A DNA stretch of 64,000 nucleotides from Chiloscyllium plagiosum (Eukaryota), in NCBI RefSeq assembly GCF_004010195.1, contig NC_057716.1, forward strand, positions 47,039,867-47,103,866, read 5' to 3'. The notes below the pieces were generated by a model. The model searched no databases. It was not told the origin of the DNA and worked only from the letters and a program-made list of their open reading frames with translations. Numbering within the stretch: position 1 is the first letter of the stretch; each line of letters opens with the position of its first letter. Positions 51,305 through 62,047 of this stretch are shown piece after piece. The translations under genes were made by a program, and so were the position numbers.

Positions 51305-54300
51305 AGAACATAAAAACATAGGAGTAAGCCATTTGGCTATGAAGCCTGCCTGGTAGTTAGTAATATCATGGCCGATTTGCCCCAGGCTTTAACTCCTCCT
51401 TTACGCTAGCTTCTCATAGCCTGAACTTCCTGAGATTTCAAAAATGTATCTTACCACCTCTTTAAATACATTCATTGATTTAGCCTCCACAACTCTGGGA
51501 TAGAATATTCCAGCCATTCACTACTCTCTGCAAGAAGTACTTTTTACATATGTCAGTTTTAAATGAGTATTCCCTTATTCGGTAACTATGACCCACTGTT
51601 AGAGTTCATTACAAGTGAAAACATTCTTTTAACATCTAACCGGTCAAGCCCCTTCAGAATCTTATGTCTTAGTAAGATCACCGCTCATTCTTCTAAACTC
51701 TAATGCTTAATCATCTAATTTGTTTAGCCATTCTTGATGAGTCTACCTCATCATCAAAAGAATCAGTCTGAATCCAATGCCACTATATCCTTCCTTAAAT
51801 TCAGGGACCAAAATTCTACACAGTACTCCGGGTGCAGTCTCATCAGTACCCTGTAGTGACATATTTAATTTTAAGTTTCACCCCCTAACACTACATGTTA
51901 GAAGTCAGACGACACCAGGTTATAATCCAACAGGTTCATTCGAAATCGCAAGCTTTGGAATGCTGTTTCTTTGTCAGGTGAAGGAGCAGTTCTCTGAAAA
52001 CTTGGGGTTTCAAATAAAACTGTTGGACTATAACCTAGTGTCTTGTGACTTCTAGCCTTGTTCACCCTAGTCCAACACCGGCACCTCCACATTATCCCTA
52101 ACAATAAAGGCCAAAATTGCATTTGCCTTAATTATGTGCTATACCTGCATGCTAACTTTTGTGTTTAGTGCATAAGAAGACCCAGAATGCTCTGTTCATT
52201 GTTGATTTTTTTTTTTCCCCTCCACATCTCACTTTCCTACATTAAACTCCATTTGCCAGGTTTGTGCTCAGCCGTTCAACCTATCTATACCTTACAGATT
52301 CTTTTTTCCTCATAACAGTATACCGTCCCACCTATTTTTCTATCCTTAGCAAATGTGTAGATTTTATACTCTACCTTCCTCGAAATCGATAATATAGACA
52401 GTAAATAATCGAGGCCCTAGCACTGATCTTTGTGGCATTCCACTAGATACACCTTTACGACCTGAAAAAGAGCTTTTAATCCTGACTCTTGTCTTCAATG
52501 TATTAAACAATTTCAATTTATACTAATACATTACCCCCAATACGACGAGCTCCTATCTTGTGCAAAGCTTTTTGTATGGCGCCTTATTGAATGCCATCCA
52601 GAAATCCAAATACATGACATTTACAGATTTTAGCTTTATCAATTCTGCATATTATATCCTCAGAGTTCTCACAAATTTGATAAATTTGCTTTTCACAAGC
52701 CACGTTGACTCTGTTTGAGTTAATTTCTTCTAAATGTGCTGCTATTTCTTAATAATCAACTCGAGCAGTTTTATAACAACAGATGTTAGGCTAATTGGCC
52801 CATGGCTTACAGTTTTCTATATCCTTTCCTTCTTGAGCAGGTGTCTGTCATTTCTCCAATTGGTGAGAACCCTGTAGTATATTATGATCAATGCCTCCAC
52901 TGTCTCTATAGCCACTTCCTTTAAATTTGCTGGATGCAGGTCATCAGGTGTTGGTGACGTATCTACCTTTCATTCCATTCATCAAATATTTTTGTCCCTT
53001 AAGATAGATACTGTTATATGATCTTTCCTCCATGAGCACCTTGCTTATCTATTATCTTTGGGATTTAGTGTCCTCCACTGTAAAGACCAATAAAAAATAT
53101 TGTTATAAGTTATTTGACATTTCCCTGCACAGTTATTATTTTCCCAGTTGCATCCTCTGAGTTCCACATTTACTTTAGCTACTCTCTTTTTATATACTCA
53201 TAGAAGTTCTTGCTGTTTGTTTTTATATTTATTGCTTTTTTTTACTTTCATGATCACTTCTTTCCCCCCTCTTAGCTTATTCATTCATCTGCTGGTTTCT
53301 AAAATGGAAAATAATTTGGTGGCCTACCATTAGTTTTCGCTTCTTCACAATTATTAGTTTTTGATCAGATACTCTCCTTCAAGCCTTAGGTAACCAAGTG
53401 ATTCATCCTTTATTTTGCCTGGAATACATTCTTGTGAACATTATGAACTATCTGCTTCAATGTCTGCCACTGCTCATCCACTAACTATCCACTTGGTCTC
53501 ATTCCCAGCCTGCTTTGGACAATTTTTGGACATACGTCTGTAATTGCCCTTATTTAAGTTGAGGATACTGCTTTAAGACCTAGTTTCTGTCCCTCAAACT
53601 GAATTTAAAGTTCCATCATGTTTGATTGCCACCCTCTAGAGGATCGTTAATCTAGTAATGTGTAGATTCATTACACATTACTAAATCTATAGCAGCTGAT
53701 CTAAAATAGGTAGGTTGAGTATCATACTGCTCCAAGAAGTAATCCCTGGCTGCATTCTACAATTCATCTTCCACGTTATTCTTGTCCATCTGATTTGACC
53801 AGTCAATATACAGATTAAAACCATGCATAACAATTGTAGTACCCTTATGTGTCTCCATTATTTCTCAATTTATACCTTGCCCTATAGGGAGACAGCTCTT
53901 TGTGGTCCTATTGATGATTTCCACCCATGACTTCTTGCCCCCGATTACTTAGTTCCATTTTTGTGGCATCTATATCACTACTCACTACTGTACTGAAACC
54001 TTCCTTTATTAATACTACTACCCACCTCCTTTTCCTTTATTACCAATTTTTCCACAGCGTCAAATATCCTTGAATGTTGAATTTTAGTGTTGGTCTCCCT
54101 AAATGCATGTCTTTACAATAGTATCAAGTCATATTCATTTTATTTGTGTCATCAAGTCCTCTACCTTCTTAAAAATGCAGTGTGCATTCAGATAGAGAGC
54201 CTTTAGCCTTGACTTCTATTATTTCTGATTTCTGCTACACTACTGTGTGTATTCTCTGCCCCTTCTTGTCACACATTGATTATTGTTCATATCTTGACAA

Positions 54301-55200
54301 CCCTGCACCCATACCCTTCCTTTTCTTTTTGATCATTTTTATTTTGATTATCTTCAATTGAACTGTCCTGTCCACTAATTAGTTTGAGGCCTAGTTATAC
54401 AATCCATCAACACATCAGACCCAGTATGGTTCAAATGAAGCCCATCCAAACAGAACTGATCTGTCTTTTCCCCAGATCTGGCGCCAATGCCCCATGAATT
54501 GGAGTCCATTTCTCCACAACAGTATCTGAGTGATGCAATGACCTTTGCTCTTTTCTACCAATTTGCACATGATCTGGTAATAATTCAGAAGTTATTATAT
54601 TTGTGGTTCTGCGCTTTAAATGAACCCCAAGCTGCTTGTAATCCCATGTCAGAACCTCTTCCCTATTCCACCTTGTTATGTAGCACACAAGTGGATCCTT
54701 CTCCTCCCAATCCAAGTTGCCCTACAGCCCAGCAAGATATCCTGAACGTTGGCATCAAGTTGACAATATCACTACCTTTGAGACATTTTGTCTTTGCTGC
54801 AGAGAGCTATATCCATTGCTCCAACTATGCTATCCTCTGATACTGCTAAATTTTACCTCCCCCAACTTGGATGGACCTCTGGACCACTGTGCTGTGGTCA
54901 GTTCACTCATCTTCCCTGCAGTCTGTCTGTCTCATCCATACCAGGAGCAAGAACCTCATACCTATTTTACACAAGGGCACTGGCTGAGACTTCTCTGAAA
55001 CTAAATACTGGATATCTATACCTGTCTCATGAAACAGTGTCCAGGTTTCTTTTCCCCCCCTCTAATGTGTCACAGTGTCTGTTGCTCTCACACTAGCTCA
55101 TCAACTCCATTCCAAAGTTCCTCAAACAGCCAGCAGTTACTGCAGATGAGAACACTGTGTCATCATACTGGCATCTACCAGCTCTGAACTGCTACAGGAG
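51305..55200 (-). mobile_element. Long decayed CR1 (3' tail through ORF2 into the ORF1 region)
   Basis: Collinear with 8205-9640, 22960-26810 and 4700-5700; interrupted by a PLE at 51894. Confidence 0.8.
51894..52095 (+). mobile_element. Old fold-back PLE insertion related to family C, inserted in a CR1
   Basis: Diverged inverted arms (about 51899-51980 and 51979-52054), tail of about 41 nt ending caccggcacctccacattat, TSD ccctaacacta / ccctaacaata, degenerate HHR remnants. Confidence 0.75.
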
Positions 55201-56849
55201 CTACTATTTCTGTTCTCCCCTGCACGTTACAAACTTGTGCTGTTTCAGAAGCTGCTCAAGTAGGACATAGTTCTGAGAACTAAAGGTGGAGAAAACGGGA
55301 ACAGGGTACTGAATTGAATGACCTCCTGTGATTATGTTGAATAACAGAGCAGTCCTGAAGGGCTGAATGGCCTATTCCTACTCCTATTTTTCCTGTTATC
55401 TATGCTAAGTGCTAAATTGTTCTGAGCAAGAAAACAAAGAATCTGACTTCAAAATTTAAAAACTGGTACTTTCATGGTACAGATGACTTTGGTGAGGTTG
55501 TGGGAACTTGACATTCAAAGCAGTAGTCTTGAATTGATGTTGAGCATGTGGACATTTTCAACTAAGCTTGACTGGAATTTCTCAGCAGAAAAGAAATAAT
55601 ATCCTCTTAGTTTGAAAGTAGTTATATACTTATGAAGCAGACTGGCTGGTTAATGATAACAGTTAATTTCAAACAATTTTGCATTTGCCATAATTAAAGA
55701 CCTACAGATCATTTAGCTTTCTGTCCTTTGAAAAGTAGTAATGTTATTTTTGCTGTGCTATGAATACAATTTCATGAAACTTATCTGACAGTTGATAATC
55801 AGTAAAATTAAACTCTGCACTTGTGATTTATGAGGGTTTTAGTAGTTTATTCCTTCCTCATGCATCATGGTGTATTTCTCAATTACATCACAAGCACAAT
55901 GCTTTGCTTGGTTGCCAAATCTTTCAAAGGACCTTAGCAAGCAGTTCACCACCAGCTTTTGCTTCCAGCAAATCATAGTGCTACTCTTCAATCCTTTGAC
56001 TTCAAGCCTCTCATTTCTACCTCCATGATCAAAATACCTGTCATGTGGCTTGCAATGTTACATGTTTTAATTCACTAGTGGAAAGCATAGTTGAAATAAA
56101 TCGACAGCCGTAGGTTGAAAAGAAGCTCTCAGTTCAGTGTATGTTGAGCCAATCACAAATATGCTTGCAAACCAAGGTTGATTCATTAAGAACCTCCAAA
56201 AATGGAGGATGCCTCTTAGACTTTGTACTGCTCGTAAATAATTTGAAATTCAACAATAGTGACACAAAGTCAGAAATTTCAAAGGGTATTGATACGATGG
56301 AAAAACCAATCAATCCACTGAAGATACCATTTAACAACTCATGAGTCTAGCTCACACGCAAAAAGATGTTTAGCTGTTTTTACTGCAGTCATGCAGTGGT
56401 TGGGAGCTGCATTATCTATTATCTCCATGCTGTAAATTGGTTTCAGGTCAAGATATCAAAGCTGTCTGCTCGAAAGACAGAACTCCTAACTGGGGTAATG
56501 ATTTAAATTCTGCAACTATACAAGTTGATTCACTGCATTTTCTTTGCATTCTGATAGCTGGCTACCTACACATTTGAATAAAGAACTTGCATTGTTGCCA
56601 ACTGATTCCCTCTTGATTGGCTTTGCTATATCCTCCGTTGCCCTTGCTGTTTCATGTCCTCTTCCCCTGTATCTATGTAGCTAACATCAACCTATATATA
56701 TGTGCATTGACCTTAACAAGCTGGCAGATTTGCAAACAGAATGCCGTGTACTGTGTTGGCAAGACAAATGGCATTGAATAATTTATTTGTGTTGTGCATC
56801 CTTTCCAATTTAAATCCAGATTTTTAAAAATATTAGTAATGGTTCCATA

Positions 56850-56895
56850 TAAAGAACATAATGTGTAACTGCTAAAGAACATAATGTGTAACTGC
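56850..56895 (+). repeat. 23-bp perfect tandem duplication
   Basis: taaagaacataatgtgtaactgc x2. Confidence 0.95.
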
Positions 56896-57109
56896 AACTT
56901 GAGATTAAGTAAAAGCTAACTGCAACTTCAGTAGTATTTCAGATTATTAGCATAACATTAGTTGACAACTTGACCATGGTAGGCACATACAGAAAAACAA
57001 CATCTAAAAACCACACATTGCTAATGAATATGAATGTTGTACTGGATAATGAATGTGATACAATGATGCATGCAGCTCATGATAATGTTTTTGTGCCTTT
57101 TGTGTACAG

Positions 57110-57250
57110 GTTGGTAAAAATTAAAGAATGGGTAGACAAGCATGACCCAAGAGCAATGGTCATACCTTTCAGTGGAGCACTTGAACTAAAGTTACAGGAA
57201 ATGGGTGAAGAAGAAATGAAGAAATACCTGGAAGAAAACAAAACACAAAG
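57110..57250 (+). CDS. OLA1: OLA1 (Obg-like ATPase 1) internal coding exon, 141 bp
   Basis: Pyrimidine tract plus acceptor tgtgtacag|G and donor AAG|gttaat. Translates (W)[46 protein letters not shown](S), recognisable as vertebrate OLA1. Phase matches the next exon. Confidence 0.95.
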
Positions 57251-57326
57251 GTTAATAGACATACTTCTTCTGCAAACTTCTGTTTTTAAACCATGAATGG
57301 CAGAACTTGTTTTTAAACTAAATACT

Positions 57327-58280
57327 TGTGAAAACAAACATTATTTGCATCCATCTGTGCTATGTAAGGCAGCAGCCGATGAATATTGTAACATTCAATG
57401 CACAGTCTTCCAGTTGCTACATTTGATTTCACTTTGGAACAGTGGGGCTGTTTTGGAATGTGTTAAGAGGGTATACTTACAGTAATCGTTTGGACAGTTT
57501 GTCAGAGAAGGTGGCTCCATGTTGCTAGAATACTGCAGGTAGCTGAATGTGAAGCCCAATGGGATTCAGTCTTGGAATAAAAATTGGAATGCTGAGAAGT
57601 GAACGTTTCTGGTCCTGAGGAGCAATTGGTACCTGAGTGAGAGTGAAAAAAGCTCTTAAGTACTATTTGTTTAGTGTAACTGAGAAAAAAATGAGGCTTA
57701 GAGAAACTCAGGGACAGCAGCAAGTCAACGAAGTCTAGTGAAAAGCTCAAATTGTGGTAGTAATTGAGTGTTTGTCAGCAGTCTTACAAATTCTGAGGAT
57801 TGTTATCTTAAGACAAAATATTGAGCTATCAGGACGTAGTCCGTGGCAGAGTGACCTGGAAGGACTGTCAGAGGTAAATCTTCAAATGTGAAGAATTGGG
57901 ATCCTTCGTAAAGGAGGCAAAGCTTTAATAAGATTGGTGACCCATAGCATCAGTAATATCTGGGGGTGGATTGCAGAAACTTTTGGGGGATCTGTCTCAA
58001 CTGCATCTGATATTTAGGGTGCTGCATGGTGTATTATAAATATGTTCACCCATATTTATCTCATATTAAATCTGAATGTTAAAGTATAACTTCTATGTGT
58101 ATATTTGTGTTTGTAGCAAGTTGTTTCATTTTTCTAATGATGTAAAGTTTATTTTGTTCAAAATTGTGAAATCTTACAGTTTTATTTACTTTGCATATAC
58201 CTAGAATTTCTAGTGTTGCCTACTTTAAACAAAACAAGCTATTGTTGCTAAATTTGGTGGTCTCGCCTGGAATGAGAACA
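57327..58280 (+). mobile_element. Possible older solo LTR
   Basis: TGTGA...AACA termini with tact on both sides (57323-57326 / 58281-58284) and an LTR-like GT-rich 3' part. The left boundary is uncertain. Confidence 0.4.
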
Positions 58281-59059
58281 TACTTTACAGAAGTATTGGG
58301 CATTTTGTTTTCTTGGTGCTTGTTAGAGGAGTACACAGTTGAACTTGTTTGTTTGGTCTGGAAACTTTGTATATAAAGCAGAGGTATACGTAATTTGTTA
58401 TAGACATTCCTAACCAATCTCTGTTCAGAGCTGATATTCTGGAACAGGTGAGACTTCATCCAGGCCTCCTGGTCCAGAGGCAGAGATAATGCCATTTGTA
58501 TCACTGAATTAGTTTGCTTTTTTTTTTAAAAAGTGATTTTCTTTTAAGTTCATAGAGTTCAGATGAATTGGATGTGGTTCTAAGCCATTCATGCTCTTAT
58601 TTATGGGCTCGCTCCTTGTAAATAAGTTGTTGTTGACTCATTCCCCTCCTAAGCGGATCCATTTTCTGCTCTTAAGAAGTGTTTAGGCATTCGGAAATAA
58701 GAGATAAGTTGTATTCAGTAAGTTTTCAATGATGGGGTCAAATTGTTTGGTATTCCCTTGTTTGGTCATTCTACCTTTGTACATCTTTTCTTCCCACTTC
58801 CTCAACGCATATAATCCTACTCTTCTAAGAAGCCGTACAGAAGCTATTTCTTAAATTATGAAATATTGAACTGAAAACTGAAGTCAACTTTCATCACGAG
58901 AAGCTTCTACATGTTGTTTGCGTCTTCACTATTTTAAAATGAAATATTTCTTGCAACAATGATATTTGGTGAATTCGGAGCAGCAGAAGTCTGCTACACC
59001 TCCTCAAAAAGTAGTAATGTGCCTCATCAAATTGTGGTAATAATGGTGCAGACTTGTAA

Positions 59060-60263
59060 TTGAGTTTGATTTATTGTTGTCACATGTACCAAGTACAGGT
59101 TTGCATGCATCAGGGTAGCTGAACAGAGTGCTGAACACAATGTTATAGCTGTAGAGAGAGTGTGATCAGAATTAACATTTTGAGAGTTCTGTTCAAAAAT
59201 CTGATAACAGCAGGGAAGAAACTGCTCTTGAATATGTTTGAACATGTATTCAAACTTCTGTATCTTCTGCCTGATAGAAGAAGGTGGAAGAGAGTTTAAC
59301 CAGAGTGGAAGTGAACTTTGATTATTTTGGTTGCTTTCCTAAGGCAGTGGGAAGCATAGATGGAGCCAGTAGATTGAAGGCTGGTTTGTGTGATGAACTG
59401 GGTCAAGTTCACGGCTGTCAGTAGTTCCTTGTAGTGTTGGGAAGAGCATAGAAAGCTTTCTATGGTGCATCTATAAAAATTGGTAAGAGTCCTTGTCAAC
59501 AAGCTGAATTTCCTTAGCCTCCTGAAGAAGTAGAGACGTTGTGCTTTCTTGACTGTCATGTTGATATGGTGGATCAGGATAGATTGTTGGTGATCATCAC
59601 TCCCAGGAACTTGACAGTCTCAACCATCTCCACCTTCGCCATTTTTGCAGAAAGCGGCGTACCCTCCACTCCACTTCCTGAAGTCAATGACCACTCCTTT
59701 GTTTTGCATGCTGCTAAGCACTAAATCTCTTTCCTGTATTCTGTGGCATTGTAGGTCGGATCTCAAACAAGAATAGTGATGTCGTCAGCAAGCTTGTAAA
59801 CGGAGTTGGGGTGGTATGTGGCTATACAGTTGTGAGGGAATAACAAGTATAGTAGGGGGCTGAGTATATAGCCTTGCAGGGCACTGGTGCAAAGGAGGTG
59901 TTGTCGCCTATTCTTACTGATTGTGGTCTATGGGTCAGGTAGTCGAGGATCCAGTTACAGAAGGGAAGCCGAGACTTAGGTCTCAGAGTTTAGAGATGAG
60001 TTTGTTTGGAATTTAGGTGTTGAAGGCAGTGCTGCACTCAATAAGTGAAGACTGACATAGGTATCCTTGTTACCCAGATGTGCCAGAGATGAGTGTAGGC
60101 TTGGGGAGATGTTGTCTACTGTGGACCTGTTGCTCCAATTGGCAAGTTGCAAAGAATCGAGACAATTTCGTAGGCTGGAATTGATGTGAGCCATCTCTAA
60201 CCTCTCGAAGGACCTCATAATTATGAAGGTCAGAGCCACTAGGTGATAGTCATTGAAGCACAA
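59060..60263 (-). mobile_element. Rex1/Babar-type LINE fragment (RT and 3' end)
   Basis: ORFs read CFNDYHLVALTFIIMRSFERL...DSLQLANWSNRSTVDNIS...NKDTYV and VKKAQRLYFFRRLRKF...LTNFYRCTIES. Confidence 0.85.
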
Positions 60264-60489
60264 GGTGTGATTTTTCTTTTTCTAACTAAGGCAGTGTTGA
60301 AGTGTGCATTTCTGTTGGTATAACCCATATGATATATAGTTGTACTATGCATTGCTCAAGCTCATATTAATTTTATTAAATCTTATTTGTGTTGGTACCC
60401 GATTCAGTTCTTATTTAGAAATATTGTGTAAGCCTGCAATTATATTTCTTATCACCAAGTGATTGGTAGTTGATGATCAGGTTAGAGAT

Positions 60490-60506
60490 TCGCAAGGTTT
60501 GTGAAT
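60490..60506 (-). mobile_element. 17-nt PLE (family D) terminal micro-insertion
   Basis: tcgcaaggtttgtgaat matches ttgcaaggtttgtgaag at 18940 and is flanked by the direct repeat gttagagat (60481-60489 / 60507-60515). Confidence 0.7.
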
Positions 60507-60542
60507 GTTAGAGATGTTGGGTGGTTCAAATCAGATCATGTG

Positions 60543-60888
60543 TAGAATCCCTACAGTTTGGAAATAGGCCCTTTGGCGCAACAGGTCCACACCGGCCCTC
60601 CAAAGAGTAGCCCACCCAGACACTTACCCAACCTATTGTCCCACATTAACCCTGGCTAATGTACCTCACCTACACACCCCTGAAGACTATGGGCAATTTA
60701 GCATGGTCAGTTCACCTAAGCTGCACATCTTTGGAATGGGAGGAAACTGGAGCACCTGGAGGAAACCCACGTAGACATGGGAAGAATGTGCAAATTCCAC
60801 ACAGACAGTCGCCCAAGGTTGGAATTGAACCCATGTCCCTGGTGCTGCGAGGCAGCAGTGCTAACCACTGAGCCACCATGCCGTGCCC
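60543..60888 (-). mobile_element. tRNA-derived V-SINE (HE1-like)
   Basis: Reverse complement of the same SINE: head gggcacggcatggtggctcagtggttagc, tail ...gtagggattctac. Confidence 0.9.
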
Positions 60889-61046
60889 TACCATAACGTA
60901 CCACCCAGGACCGTTACCCTTGCAAAATTTTTTTTTTATATTGTATATGCTGTGACATGGAAGAGGGTCTTTAGAGAATCAAACATTAAAACAAAAACTG
61001 ATGGAGGTACTCAAGCCAAATGAATTCTTCAGAACTCTTTAGAGTA

Positions 61047-61639
61047 TGTCACAAAACTGGTCCTTTTTCTCAAAGTTACTATGTCTTTGATTTTTTTTCA
61101 GAGAGGTTGTAAAACAGCCCAAGCTCCAAAACAGCTGAGTTGGTGCAGAGATGGGAGGTTTATTGGGCCCTTTTTGTTTATCCCGAAACAGATGATACCT
61201 CAGTCAAAAGGCTTTCATGTTTTAGAAGTAACTTGTATAATGAAAGGGGAGTAGCCAGTCCTTCCAGATGAGGTTTTTTGGTTCAGTTCAGCAGTTTTGT
61301 GTGTGTAAAGAAAGGCTGGGTACTCTCTCTCATCTGCCCTTCTGATTTCGAACTGAGAGTTGCCTGTGCATGTCTTACTGTTTGTGCTAAGGGATGTATG
61401 TGTTTTCGGAACAGCATTAAGTCGGATTTGGAAAGGATAACTTATCGGGTTTTCTATTTTCTGTTCTGTGTGTTTCATTTTGTAACTTTGTAAATAAATT
61501 TTGTTTGTTTAAAATTTGGCAGTCAACCCAGCTAATTTACACCGGGAATATCTACTATACATCTAGCTCAACAAATAGCAAAGTTACAGTTTGGGCTACC
61601 TGCTTAGAGGTTTTGAAGGGTCTGGCCTAGTCCATAACA
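61047..61639 (+). mobile_element. Solo LTR, 593 bp
   Basis: TGTCAC...CATAACA termini, 4-bp TSD agta (61043-61046 / 61640-61643), aataaa at about 61494. Confidence 0.72.
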
Positions 61640-61950
61640 AGTATCATGTGTGTTCATGGTATAACTTCAAATGCACGCTACTTGAAGAATTTCAGTATGT
61701 ATGTTTTCTGACAATATATGAATTTATGGTTACTATACCCATGCCTTGATAATAGACAATGAAACATTTGGAAAATACAATTTGGCATTTGATAGCTTTA
61801 TGAAAGACAATATTTGTTTTTTATTATATGAAATTAGTTTTTAGGAATACACATTTACACAATGCCAAAATGTTAAATAGCTTTAAACTATTTGCAATGA
61901 AATAACTTTGATATACTTTGAAAGAAACACTAGTATGCTTGTGATTTCAG

Positions 61951-62047
61951 TGCGTTGCCCAAGATCATCAAGACTGGATTCTCATCTCTGCTGCTTGAAT
62001 ATTTTTTTACTGCAGGGCCAGATGAAGTGCGAGCATGGACCATAAAG
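61951..62047 (+). CDS. OLA1: OLA1 internal coding exon, 97 bp (start of TGS-domain region)
   Basis: Acceptor gatttcag|T and donor AAG|gtatgt. Translates (S)[32 protein letters not shown], the conserved OLA1/Ych[15 protein letters not shown] motif. AG+T across the junction gives Ser in frame. Confidence 0.96.

Noticed and set aside
56970-57296. 108-aa ORF as a standalone gene
   Set aside because: Only 57110-57250 is OLA1-like and it is bounded by AG/GT; the flanks are intron read-through.
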